Assembly: GCA_043801165.1 (NCBI GenBank)
Contig: JAZDMG010000028.1
Coordinates: forward strand, 10,988 to 74,987
Length of the DNA stretch: 64,000 nt
From: an archaeon
GTDB taxonomy: Archaea; Nanobdellota; Nanobdellia; Woesearchaeales; SM23-78
Reading direction: 5' to 3'
Below, piece by piece: positions 10,186 through 19,779 of this stretch (position 1 is the stretch's first letter; each line of letters starts with the position of its first letter). A model generated the notes under the pieces. That model searched no databases, was not told the DNA's origin, and saw only the letters and a program-made list of their open reading frames with translations. Both the position numbers and the translations under genes were made by a program.

Positions 10186-12960
10186 GTGTACTATCATAAT
10201 ATGACTTCTAAAGAGACCATCGCCGCTCTCGCAAGCTCATTAGATTCTGGATTGAGTTCGCCAGAGGCAGAGGCCAGGCTTGCAAAGTTCGGAAAGAACC
10301 GCCTTGAGATATCAAAGAAGATCACCATCTGGCACAGGCTCTTCAGCCAATTCAAGGAGCTGATGATCATAATCCTGATAATAGCAGGAGTGATTGCCGT
10401 CATAGCCAATGAGACCTTTGATGCTTCAATAATCTTTTTTATAGTCTTTGTCAACGCCCTCATCGGTGTTATCCAGGAATACAGAGCTGAGAAAGCTGTG
10501 GACGCCTTGAAAAAGATTATGTCATTGCAGGCAACTGTTATGCGGGATGGCATAGAGCGGATTATAGATGCAGATAATCTTGTCCCGGGAGACATAATCA
10601 TCCTTGAAGAGGGATCAAAGATTCCGGCTGACGCCAGGATACTTGAATCGGCCATGCTCAAAGTGGATGAGGCTATCCTGACAGGAGAGAGCGTTCCGAG
10701 GAACAAGAGCGAGAATGCCATAAAAGAGACAGAAATCGCCCTTGTAGACAACGATAACATACTATTCGCCGGCACAGTCATAAGCAGCGGCAGATGCAAA
10801 GCGATTGTCCTTGAGACTGGCATGAAAACTGAGTTTGGAAGAATAGCAGACTTGACATCTGAGATCAGGGATGAAAAAAGCCCGCTCCAGAAAGAGATGG
10901 CCAAGGCAGGAAAATTGATAGCAAAAGCTGTCCTGCTGATATGCGTGCTTGTTTTTGTGATTGGATTGCTCAAGGGAAAAGAAATCTTTGAGATGTTCCT
11001 TTTCACAATAAGCCTGGGAGTGGCAGCGGTTCCTGAAGGGCTTCCAACCACGATGACGATAGCCCTAGCCCTTGGGGTGCAGAAAATGGCAAAGAAAAAA
11101 GCCATTGTGCGTAACCTATCAAGCGTCGATACGCTCGGGAGCATCACAGTCATATGCACTGATAAGACTGGAACGCTCACAAAGAACGAAATGACAGTAA
11201 AGCAGATCTTTGTCAACAACAGGCACATCGATGTCGGCGGAGAAGGATACTCACCTGAAGGAAAGTTCATGCTTGGAAGCTCAGAGTACACGAATAAAGG
11301 CCTTATAGGCCTCCTTAGGACAGGGATGCTCTGCAACAATGCATATGTCAGGAACGAATCTGGCAGATGGACTATGATAGGCGACACCACCGAGGGAGCG
11401 CTTGTTGTGAGCGCAGAAAAGGCAGGCCTCAGGCACAAGGAGACGTGTGAAGCATATCCGCGCATATACGAGATCCCCTTCAGCAGCAACAGGAAGATGA
11501 TGATAACGATACATTCATCCTCCTGCAAAAGCAAGCGTAAAGATATAGTCGCATACATGAAAGGCGCGACAGGCGTTGTGGTTGACAAATGCTCGTTCAT
11601 AGAGATTGATGGCAAGATCAAGAAGCTGTCCTTCAGTGAGAAAGAGAAGATCAAGATGACAACCAGGAACATGTCAGAGGAAGCCATGAGAGTCCTTGCT
11701 TTTGCCTATAAGAAGCTGAAAGGCAAGGAATCAAAGGATTTCAAGTATCTGAAAGAGGAGGGTTTCGTCTTCCAAGGCCTGCAGGGGATGATGGATCCGC
11801 CAAGGGCAGAGATAAAGGATGCTGTGGCGAAGTGCAGGACGGCCGGCGTAAGGATATTTGTCATCACCGGAGACCATGGGCTGACCGCGAGGGCGATCGC
11901 GAAACAGGTCGGGCTTGCCACTGGGTCTACAAAGATAATCACAGGCCTTGAGCTCGATAAGATGAGCGAAGACGAATTGACCGCAGCCCTGAAGGAAGAG
12001 GTTATATTCGCGAGGGTGACTGCCGAGAACAAGATGAGGGTGGTAAACAGCCTTATGAAAAAAGGGGAGATAGTGGCTGTGACAGGCGACGGAGTGAATG
12101 ATGCGCCGGCAATAAAGAGGGCCAACATCGGGATTTCCATGGGCATAACAGGCACAGAAGTCAGCAAGGAAGCGAGCAAGATGATACTTGCCGACGACTC
12201 ATTTGCCACGATAGTCAACGCCATGGAGGAAGGGAGGACTATATTCGACAACATAAAGATATTCATAAAATACCTTTTCATGGGGAACGCAGTAGGCATA
12301 TTGTCCATATTTTTCACAATGATAGTCGGCCTTCCGCTTCCGTTCTTCGCATTTCATATTCTGTGGTTCAATCTCCTGACTGAGACATTACCGTCAATCG
12401 CCTTGACTAAAGAGCCGCCTGAGCACGACATCATGAGCAGGAAACCAAGAGGCAAGTCAGAGAGCATACTGACAAGGAAAGACTTTTCAGAGATAATATT
12501 CAATGCGCTGATAATGACCGTCGGAGTTCTCTGCGTATTCTACTACGGGCTGGTATCAAAGGGATGGAATGCAGGAGATATCATCAGCGGAGGGGCAAAC
12601 CCTTACTATTATGTCTACGCAACAACACTCGCATTTACAACTCTGGTCCTATACCAGCTGTTCAATGTATTCAACATAAAATCTCCGAGAAAGACAATAT
12701 TCTTTGAGGAGCTCTTAAACAACAGATGGCTTTTGTTCGCGACAGCAATCTCAATCATGCTGCAGATAGCAGTGGTCAACACGACATTCTTGAATAAGGT
12801 CTTCAGCACAGCTCCGCTGAGCCTGACTGATTGGGCAATATCAGTCATGATCGCCTCATCAATAATCTGGATCAGCGAAGGATACAAGATAGTTCTCAGG
12901 ATCAATGAGAAAAGAAAAACAACCGCCATAAGGCATTCTCCATCAGCCGCGCCAAAATAG
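10186..12960 (+). CDS. Cation-transporting P-type ATPase (type II, Ca2+-like)
   Basis: TGES, PEGLP, DKTGTLT, KGA, TGD, GDGVNDAP motifs; multiple TM segments. Confidence 0.96.
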   Translation: MYYHNMTSKETIAALASSLDSGLSSPEAEARLAKFGKNRLEISKKITIWHRLFSQFKELMIIILIIAGVIAVIANETFDASIIFFIVFVNALIGVIQEYRAEKAVDALKKIMSLQATVMRDGIERIIDADNLVPGDIIILEEGSKIPADARILESAMLKVDEAILTGESVPRNKSENAIKETEIALVDNDNILFAGTVISSGRCKAIVLETGMKTEFGRIADLTSEIRDEKSPLQKEMAKAGKLIAKAVLLICVLVFVIGLLKGKEIFEMFLFTISLGVAAVPEGLPTTMTIALALGVQKMAKKKAIVRNLSSVDTLGSITVICTDKTGTLTKNEMTVKQIFVNNRHIDVGGEGYSPEGKFMLGSSEYTNKGLIGLLRTGMLCNNAYVRNESGRWTMIGDTTEGALVVSAEKAGLRHKETCEAYPRIYEIPFSSNRKMMITIHSSSCKSKRKDIVAYMKGATGVVVDKCSFIEIDGKIKKLSFSEKEKIKMTTRNMSEEAMRVLAFAYKKLKGKESKDFKYLKEEGFVFQGLQGMMDPPRAEIKDAVAKCRTAGVRIFVITGDHGLTARAIAKQVGLATGSTKIITGLELDKMSEDELTAALKEEVIFARVTAENKMRVVNSLMKKGEIVAVTGDGVNDAPAIKRANIGISMGITGTEVSKEASKMILADDSFATIVNAMEEGRTIFDNIKIFIKYLFMGNAVGILSIFFTMIVGLPLPFFAFHILWFNLLTETLPSIALTKEPPEHDIMSRKPRGKSESILTRKDFSEIIFNALIMTVGVLCVFYYGLVSKGWNAGDIISGGANPYYYVYATTLAFTTLVLYQLFNVFNIKSPRKTIFFEELLNNRWLLFATAISIMLQIAVVNTTFLNKVFSTAPLSLTDWAISVMIASSIIWISEGYKIVLRINEKRKTTAIRHSPSAAPK

Positions 12961-13064
12961 GATTCTTCTGCGATCAAGGCGCGCCCGGGATATGAACCAT
13001 AAAAGGAAGCATAACCCTGCTTATTCTCATAACATTTTAAAACACCAGGATAAAATAAGGTGGA

Positions 13065-14771
13065 ATGGAGAATGATTTTTTCAAGGACATCATCGATTAC
13101 GTCAAGCAGGAGAAGCCAAGCAAGGATAAGCTCTCAAAAGAGAAGATAAGGCTCTGCTCAAAGCATCACCTGAAAAAGATTCCAACTGATATAGAGATCC
13201 TTCTGCAGGCAGAAGAGCAGGATTTGACTGTCCTAAGGAGATATCTCCAGACAAAGCCGACAAGGACCATGAGCGGTGTGGCAGTTGTCGCGATAATGAC
13301 CAAGCCATTCCCGTGCCCACACGGAGCATGCGCCCAGTGCCCCGGAGGGGTGAAAAGCTTTTTCGGAGATGTGCCCCAGAGCTATACTGGCAAGGAGCCG
13401 GCCACCCTGCGGGCCATAAGAAATAACTATGACCCTTACCTACAGATATTCAACAGGCTTGAGCAATATGTTGTCCTTGGCCAGAATCCTGACAAGGTAG
13501 AGCTGATAATCATGGGAGGGACATTCCCTAGCTTCCCAGCAGATTATCAGGATGAATTCGTGACCCTGGCGTTCAAGGCCATGAATGATTTCTCAACTCT
13601 GTTCTATGGCAAGAGCGGTGGGCGCAATGGCGGTGAGCTAGATATCATGAGATTCAAGGAATTCTTTGGATTGCCTGGCGCAGTAGGCGACAGGCAAAGG
13701 GTAGAGAGCATACAAAAGAGGCTCAGCATCCTGAAGGCAAAAGGACAGAAGACACTTGAGCAGGAGCAGCGCCAGAACGAGAAGGCAAGCATACGCTGCG
13801 TTGGCCTTACCATCGAGACAAGACCAGACTATGCAAAGCTTGAGCACGCCAACAATATGCTGAGGCTCGGATGCACCCGCGTAGAGCTAGGGGTGCAGAG
13901 CATCTATGACGAGGCGCTTACACGGATAAACAGGGGGCATGATGTCGCAGAATCAATCAATGCCACAAGGACGCTCAAGGACCTTGGATTTAAGATAAAC
14001 TATCACATGATGCCAGGGCTTCCTGGAGTGAGCTATCTGCAAGACCTCGAGGGGTTGCGGCAGCTGTTCACCAACCAGAATTTCAAGCCAGACATGCTGA
14101 AGATATATCCCTGCATGGTGTTGAAAGGGACGAAACTTTTCTTGGATTGGCAGGCAGGCCGCTTCAAGCCATTGACGACAGAGCAGGCAGCCCGTCTGAT
14201 AATTGAATTCAAAAAAGATGTTCCTGAATACGTCAGGATAATGAGAGTGCAGAGGGACATTCCTACAAAGATGACAGAAGCAGGCGTCGACAGGACCAAT
14301 CTGCGGCAGCTGATCGAAGAGAGGATGAGCGAGCACGGAGTGAAATGCAGGTGCATAAGATGCCGAGAGATAGGGCTTGAGAAGATCAAGGGCAGGATAA
14401 AGCTCAAGGTGCAGGAATACGAAGCATCCCACGGAGAAGAATTCTTCATCAGCCTAGAGAACAATGATGCGCTCATAGGATTCTGCAGGCTGAGGTTTCC
14501 CTCGCAAAGCCTGCGAAAAGAGATAGCTCCTGATTCTGCATTGATAAGGGAGCTCCATGTCTACGGCAGCGCAGTGCAGATAGGCTCCAAGGGAAAAGTC
14601 CAGCACAGAGGATTCGGCAAAAGGCTCTTAGCTGAAGCCGAGCGCATCGCAAGGAAAGAAGGCAGGAAGAAGATGGTCATCATCAGCGGAGTAGGAGTTC
14701 GGGAATACTACCGAAAGCAAGGCTACAAAAGAGAAGGGCCTTATATGGTGAAGAAGATTAACAAAAGATAA
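13065..14771 (+). CDS. elp3: Elp3 radical SAM/GNAT tRNA U34 carboxymethyl transferase
   Basis: CPHGACAQCPGG, QSYTGKEP, ETRPD, RVQRDIP, RELHVYG, QHRGFG, GVREYY. Confidence 0.96.
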   Translation: MENDFFKDIIDYVKQEKPSKDKLSKEKIRLCSKHHLKKIPTDIEILLQAEEQDLTVLRRYLQTKPTRTMSGVAVVAIMTKPFPCPHGACAQCPGGVKSFFGDVPQSYTGKEPATLRAIRNNYDPYLQIFNRLEQYVVLGQNPDKVELIIMGGTFPSFPADYQDEFVTLAFKAMNDFSTLFYGKSGGRNGGELDIMRFKEFFGLPGAVGDRQRVESIQKRLSILKAKGQKTLEQEQRQNEKASIRCVGLTIETRPDYAKLEHANNMLRLGCTRVELGVQSIYDEALTRINRGHDVAESINATRTLKDLGFKINYHMMPGLPGVSYLQDLEGLRQLFTNQNFKPDMLKIYPCMVLKGTKLFLDWQAGRFKPLTTEQAARLIIEFKKDVPEYVRIMRVQRDIPTKMTEAGVDRTNLRQLIEERMSEHGVKCRCIRCREIGLEKIKGRIKLKVQEYEASHGEEFFISLENNDALIGFCRLRFPSQSLRKEIAPDSALIRELHVYGSAVQIGSKGKVQHRGFGKRLLAEAERIARKEGRKKMVIISGVGVREYYRKQGYKREGPYMVKKINKR

Positions 14772-14789
14772 TTGATTTACTGCAAGCGC

Positions 14790-15314
14790 TTATCTCTCAG
14801 TGATTATCCTTTTGACGTCGTACTCTCCGCGCCCTGAAAAGAACATCCTCATCTTGACAAGCTCATAGAACTCATCAAGCCCATTAAGATAAGGGCTCCA
14901 TAACCTGATCTCAGAAATAGCATTTTGCGGATCATCAGACCTGTGAAGGACGTTGCGCACAGCCTTATCCTCAAGAGTGGCTATCTCCCTGGAATCATTG
15001 CTGAACCTATGCCTGACTGTGCGCGGCGCGGCAAGATTAGGAAAGGTGTTTCCGATTTCATCCATGAATTCCTGGATAATATTCTCTCCTTCATAAATAG
15101 CACCAACAACAGGCAGGCCAGTAAACTGCTTTAATAGCCTAGGATAATGGCTTTGTCCCAGATGCACGGCATAGTGCTTCTCGATAAGTTCCCTTGGAAC
15201 ATGGGCTATATAGCCATCCTTCACCCTCGTCCCGATCTTGTCCAGCTCGTAGAGCAGCTGGAATGCGAAAGGCACATGCTCTGGCTTCACCAAGATAAGA
15301 GTCTGTTCAATCAT
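14790..15314 (-). CDS. ndk: Nucleoside diphosphate kinase (divergent)
   Basis: TLILVKP, HY, G.T.P..A.P.TVR, catalytic RNVLHRSD. Confidence 0.85.
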   Translation of the reverse strand: MIEQTLILVKPEHVPFAFQLLYELDKIGTRVKDGYIAHVPRELIEKHYAVHLGQSHYPRLLKQFTGLPVVGAIYEGENIIQEFMDEIGNTFPNLAAPRTVRHRFSNDSREIATLEDKAVRNVLHRSDDPQNAISEIRLWSPYLNGLDEFYELVKMRMFFSGRGEYDVKRIITER

Positions 15315-15478
15315 GACTCTGGAGTGGATGCATAATTTATAAATGTTTAGAAACTAGAGAAGGTCATGACATCATCGGCACAAAAATATCCACCAGAACT
15401 ATACCCGACGGAGATCTCATCTCATCCACGCAAATTATTCGCGCTACATAAACATGTAATGAAGCGATTAGAAAACTT

Positions 15479-16900
15479 CTAATTCACATTTCTGCAAGTG
15501 CCATCGTGATATAAATACATATTCACAGAACAGGTCACACATTTCGCTCGGTAACATATCGCAGTTGAATCTGCACAATATCCAGAACCACAAGGTTCGT
15601 GACAATATCCATCAGTTCCAACGACGTATCCTGCATCTGAACATCTCGAATCACCACTGCCAGTTTGCCTTGTTTCACAATAGAAATTATTACAAATATC
15701 ATAACAGCCGCCATCATTTCCTAAAATTTGTGTTTTATCGCAATATGCATAGCATTTTCCATTTAAATAATAAGAACCCTCTGAACAATAAATGAATTGT
15801 TCATTCGCAATGGAGTTAAATGCTATTGCCATGTGATTCTGATTAGTATTTGATATCCAAGTGTTTATTCCCACTAAATTCCCATTTTTATCGAAAAGTC
15901 CTCCCCCGCTACTTCCAAAATAAGTATATGCATCGGATTCAATGGTTTTAAAGGACTTTCCAGTAGATTGTGATAGAACATCTTTAATATTATTAATTGC
16001 TCCTTCGCTTACTGAGAATTCCACAACATTTTGAGCATAAGAAGGATATCCTACCGCAGTTACTTCATCATTAATATTGAAATCAGGAGTATAACTTGCG
16101 GATTCATAATCTGAAGCTCGAGATGTTTTTATGGTTAACACAGCTAAATCAATATCAGACTCACTGAACGAAACCTTATCAACTGCGTAAATGTTTCCGT
16201 CTTGTGTTCTTACACTAATTTTTTCAGAAATTCTTTGATAACAATTTAGTTCATTGTAGTTACAATCAACGACGTGCCTATTTGTATAAACGGTCAGCTC
16301 CTCATTTTCATTAGAAGTAATGACGCCCGAACCAGTGCCTCCATTAGAAAAATAGGTACCATCAGCATTTCTTCCAACAATTTCATATTTTACCCACACA
16401 ATCGTGTTTTTTATATTGTCTAAAACATCATTTTTACATTTGCCACAATCCTGCGAACATGTAGAGCATGTCTCTCCATTATTGCAGTATCCATCTCCAC
16501 AATATAAACATCTGCCGCAATCAGCAGGGCAACTAGTGCAAGTTTCCGCAAATCCACAATATCCATTACCACAATATTCAGAACTTGTAATGGGCTCAAT
16601 ATTTGATACGGTCTCGAAGTTATTGACATCGGTCTCATTTGAAGGGTTTAATATACCAAAATACGCCAAAGTTCCTATAACTATTAATACGAATATATTC
16701 AATGCAAAAATTATACCCAAAACAATCAATATTTTCTTTAGAAGTTTACCTTTTCCACTTTTATGTATCTTATCAATTTCTTTCTGCCATCGTCCACCAT
16801 GCAATTTATAACACTTATCGCAAAGCATCGTATTGTCTTCAAAAGTCCAGAAAGTACTTGTTTTAGTTGTTCCACAATGACTACATTTGTCTTTTGGCAT
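15479..16900 (-). CDS. Membrane-anchored trypsin-like serine protease with Zn ribbon and Cys-rich repeats
   Basis: TNRHVV, DLAVL, GSSGG triad; N-terminal CxxC...CxxC then TM; start taken as ATG 16900 because the longer ORF overlaps tRNA-Arg; AT-rich. Confidence 0.88.
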   Translation of the reverse strand: MPKDKCSHCGTTKTSTFWTFEDNTMLCDKCYKLHGGRWQKEIDKIHKSGKGKLLKKILIVLGIIFALNIFVLIVIGTLAYFGILNPSNETDVNNFETVSNIEPITSSEYCGNGYCGFAETCTSCPADCGRCLYCGDGYCNNGETCSTCSQDCGKCKNDVLDNIKNTIVWVKYEIVGRNADGTYFSNGGTGSGVITSNENEELTVYTNRHVVDCNYNELNCYQRISEKISVRTQDGNIYAVDKVSFSESDIDLAVLTIKTSRASDYESASYTPDFNINDEVTAVGYPSYAQNVVEFSVSEGAINNIKDVLSQSTGKSFKTIESDAYTYFGSSGGGLFDKNGNLVGINTWISNTNQNHMAIAFNSIANEQFIYCSEGSYYLNGKCYAYCDKTQILGNDGGCYDICNNFYCETRQTGSGDSRCSDAGYVVGTDGYCHEPCGSGYCADSTAICYRAKCVTCSVNMYLYHDGTCRNVN

Positions 16901-16964
16901 GTATACCCTCGACTTGGAATATTCGGTTCGATTTCCAACCGATGTATATATTACTTCGTTCGAA

Positions 16965-17067
16965 TGCCCCTGCTGGGATTTGAACCCAGCTCCCAAGCTC
17001 CGCAAGCTCGTATACTATTTGCTTTAGCAGCAGTTCTCTGCCGTTATCCAAGCTATACTACAGGGGC
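16965..17067 (-). tRNA. tRNA-Arg(GCG) with a 29-nt D-loop BHB intron (17019-17047)
   Basis: gcccctg/caggggc acceptor, cgagc-tt-GCG-ga-gcttg anticodon arm, ctggg-ttcaaat-cccag T arm; intron bounded by a gctt/aagc helix with 3-nt bulges. Confidence 0.92.
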
Positions 17068-17147
17068 TTATGTACAGCGTTAGCGTGGGCTTATTTAAAA
17101 GCGTTTGGTATTAGAAATGTTTATAAAAGAGCAGTCAGTCATCAATA

Positions 17148-17987
17148 ATGATGACTAAATTGAAATCGTGGCTTTTGGCTGCGGCGCTCATTCTCAATCT
17201 CAACATCCCCAGCAAGCCGGCAGCTGAAGAGCGGTTTGCATCCCTAGAATCGCGGGTCCGCTTCAAAGTGGCTTTCTTTGCAGGTCATAGCGATGTGAAA
17301 GAAGCTTATGGCGCATTGAGCGCGGTAAAGATCAGTGAGAACTGCTATAACGATGCCATACTGGAAAGGATAGGCAGATATCGTGCCAGTCCAGTCTACG
17401 GCTTTGAAAGCATGCTGTTCTATTCTGATAAGCACATCTCGCTCCAGGAAAGGCCTATCCTGGCTGAAGAGAGCCAAGCAAACATCTATGTGGAGATACA
17501 CCACGATTCAGGGTCTTTAAAAAACATAAAAAACAAGCGCTGGAGAAATATGGAAGGATTCTCGGTTTATTTTCCATCAGAAGATATGGAAGGCAATCCG
17601 AACATTTTCAAAGAAGAAAGCGAAAAGCTAGCGCTGTGCATCGGGAAAGAGATCAAACAGGCAGGATTCAAGCCGTCCGACTATTACACCGCAAGGTCAG
17701 AAGAGAATGGAAAAACAATTTTTTCAGCAGATTTCGGGGTATATTCAGCCAGGTTCGATGTTTTAAAGAACGCAAAGATGCCTGCAGTCCTTGTGGAATG
17801 CGGGAACATAGTGAACCCTTACGAAGAGAAGTTGATGCAAGACCCGGGGGCACAGATGATGATCTCAGAAGCAATAATGAGAGGGATATCAAGCTACCTT
17901 GCTAGTTATCGCAAGCATTGTGATGATCTACTGATGCAATCGTTGAAGGCGCTCTCCTTCCGACGCATGGCCCGTCTAAGACAATAA
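17148..17987 (+). CDS. N-acetylmuramoyl-L-alanine amidase (Amidase_3) with signal peptide
   Basis: AGH...E, ER...A, EIHHDS, GFSVY, VLKNAKMPAVLVECG.I.N..E; Zn ligands and catalytic Glu present. Confidence 0.88.
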   Translation: MMTKLKSWLLAAALILNLNIPSKPAAEERFASLESRVRFKVAFFAGHSDVKEAYGALSAVKISENCYNDAILERIGRYRASPVYGFESMLFYSDKHISLQERPILAEESQANIYVEIHHDSGSLKNIKNKRWRNMEGFSVYFPSEDMEGNPNIFKEESEKLALCIGKEIKQAGFKPSDYYTARSEENGKTIFSADFGVYSARFDVLKNAKMPAVLVECGNIVNPYEEKLMQDPGAQMMISEAIMRGISSYLASYRKHCDDLLMQSLKALSFRRMARLRQ

Positions 17988-18570
17988 ATCCTGCCTTTCG
18001 CAGGTTGTCCCTTACGCTCCGCGCGCAGGAATAGGTCGTCAGCACCCCGTTCTTGTTCATGTGTTTTCTTATTTCATTAAAAAAGTCTTCGGTCCAGAGC
18101 TCAGGGCATTTCTTTGGGCTGAAAGGGTCATGGAAGACCACGTCAAAGCTCTTGAGCGACTTTATGCTCTCCCGAGCATCTCCTACAACAATCTTTATGC
18201 TTATGCCCTCGTGAGAATATTCTCCGCCGCGCTCAACCGCGTCCTGTATCGCAGAATAGCTCTTGATATGAGGCTTCAAAGCAGCTATCTTCTTGAGGAT
18301 CTTCTCATCATTCTCAAGCCCCACTATATTTACAGAGCAGGCAAGATTCGCCTCAAGGATCAAGTCCAAAGCAGCCGCAGAGTTATACCCAAGGCCGAAG
18401 CATACATCAAGGATGCTTATCTCACCGGCACCAGCTCTTTCTGCAACTCCAGCAGGCCCTGCATGCTTCTTGAAAGCCTCCTCGACAGCTCCGCTCACAG
18501 AATGATAGCATTCATCATATCTCTCATTATGAAAGGTCACACTGCCATCCTTAGTCACAACTTCTTTCAT
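17902..18570 (-). CDS. MnmC/MnmD-like SAM-dependent tRNA methyltransferase
   Basis: TKDGS, YHS..GA..EA, DVCFGLGYN, DPFSP..CPELWT, TYS motifs. Confidence 0.9.
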   Translation of the reverse strand: MKEVVTKDGSVTFHNERYDECYHSVSGAVEEAFKKHAGPAGVAERAGAGEISILDVCFGLGYNSAAALDLILEANLACSVNIVGLENDEKILKKIAALKPHIKSYSAIQDAVERGGEYSHEGISIKIVVGDARESIKSLKSFDVVFHDPFSPKKCPELWTEDFFNEIRKHMNKNGVLTTYSCARSVRDNLRKAGFIVLDGPCVGRRAPSTIASVDHHNACDN

Positions 18571-18593
18571 CAGAAAGCGTAGAACCTATTTTT

Positions 18594-19058
18594 TTATAAA
18601 ATTAACCCTATGATGCCCAATAGCACACCAAGAACAACAAAACCAGAATGCCTGTGGATCAAGCCATAGACCTGTTTAATAGGCTTTTCCTTGATATGCT
18701 CAAACAGGTACAGTGTCCCAATCGGGAAGCCGTAAAGGAAAGCCAACGGCGCCATGATTGCAAATCCGTTGTATAGCCAAGCGAGGAAAAGCATTGGAGC
18801 CAATGACAGGTAATAGAGCGCCTCTCTCTCCTTGCTGAAACTAAATATTATCACCAGCAGCGCGATCAGCAGGACAAATACCACAGACCAGTTCTTCGCA
18901 AAGAAAACAATCAATATGGCGATGAACAGCAGGTCCTTGAGCATCTCAAAATATTTCCTGCCAGGGACCAATTCCTCTTTAGTGAAGTATCCCACCAACA
19001 ACCCGACAAATACTCCTAAAAAAACTATCAGCAGTGATACGAAGTAGCCAATCATCAT
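18594..19058 (-). CDS. Hypothetical integral membrane protein
   Basis: Five to six hydrophobic segments. Confidence 0.75.
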   Translation of the reverse strand: MMIGYFVSLLIVFLGVFVGLLVGYFTKEELVPGRKYFEMLKDLLFIAILIVFFAKNWSVVFVLLIALLVIIFSFSKEREALYYLSLAPMLFLAWLYNGFAIMAPLAFLYGFPIGTLYLFEHIKEKPIKQVYGLIHRHSGFVVLGVLLGIIGLIL

Positions 19059-19096
19059 CCAGCCAATAGATAAAGGCGTTTAAATATTTTGCGCAC

Positions 19097-19495
19097 CTAG
19101 CTGATCTTCTTCTGGCCGCAGGGTGTGCCGCTGATGTTGACATCGCCGCTGCCTATGCCAGTCCTGTTATCGATCAGCACCAGGTTTCCTTGCTCGTCTT
19201 CGTAGAATATGCAGAACTCACCCCTGATGCCGAGCTTCTCCTTGACGTCAGAGTAGTTGATCGAGACTTCGTCGCTGAAGTTCTGGAGCCTTGTGTAGTT
19301 GATGTCATCAGCGTCAAGGAAAGACAGCCCGGGATTCTTCTCCAGCTCTGCCTTGAGGCTGGCCGCTTCCTGCTGCAGCCCATTGAGCTTTGGCCCCTGC
19401 TTAGAGCTTATGGTGACATAGAATATCAATATTATTGAGATGAATATGACAACCGCCAAGAGAACGTCTATGCTCCACACCTGCGCCCTGTCCAT
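19097..19495 (-). CDS. Type IV pilin-like protein (class III signal peptide)
   Basis: MDRAQ-VWSID followed by a hydrophobic helix; RBS ggtgag before ATG 19495. Confidence 0.75.
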   Translation of the reverse strand: MDRAQVWSIDVLLAVVIFISIILIFYVTISSKQGPKLNGLQQEAASLKAELEKNPGLSFLDADDINYTRLQNFSDEVSINYSDVKEKLGIRGEFCIFYEDEQGNLVLIDNRTGIGSGDVNISGTPCGQKKIS

Positions 19496-19779
19496 CTCAC
19501 CATCTCTCCTTTCAGAGGATTGCTCCTTCAAAGAAACTTGTTCCTTCGCCCGCACCCTCTTTTTTGAAACCTTGTTTTTAATCATGCATCCGCCTTTTAA
19601 ATAATTTATCCTTTTGGCACGGTAGTTTTTATATTTTCCTATCAGCCAGGCATATATTTTCCTTTAGACGACAGCTATCGAAAGATTTATAAATCTTTCC
19701 TTGTTTCGTTTTATAAATTTATCGTAAGGCAAGACTGTTCATAACAAGCCTTTGTTTATACAAGCGGGGGAGTGGTCCT

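Noticed and set aside
10194..12317. Long antisense ORFs (497 and 203 aa) and similar shadows opposite dnaK, elp3 and rad50
   Set aside because: Antisense shadows of well-conserved genes, explained by codon bias.
15361..15451. Short frame ending DGDLISSTQIIRAT resembling a nucleotidyltransferase C-terminus
   Set aside because: Too short and without a start; similarity could be chance.
16901..17005. N-terminal extension of the protease ORF
   Set aside because: It runs through tRNA-Arg; ATG 16900 is the more plausible start.
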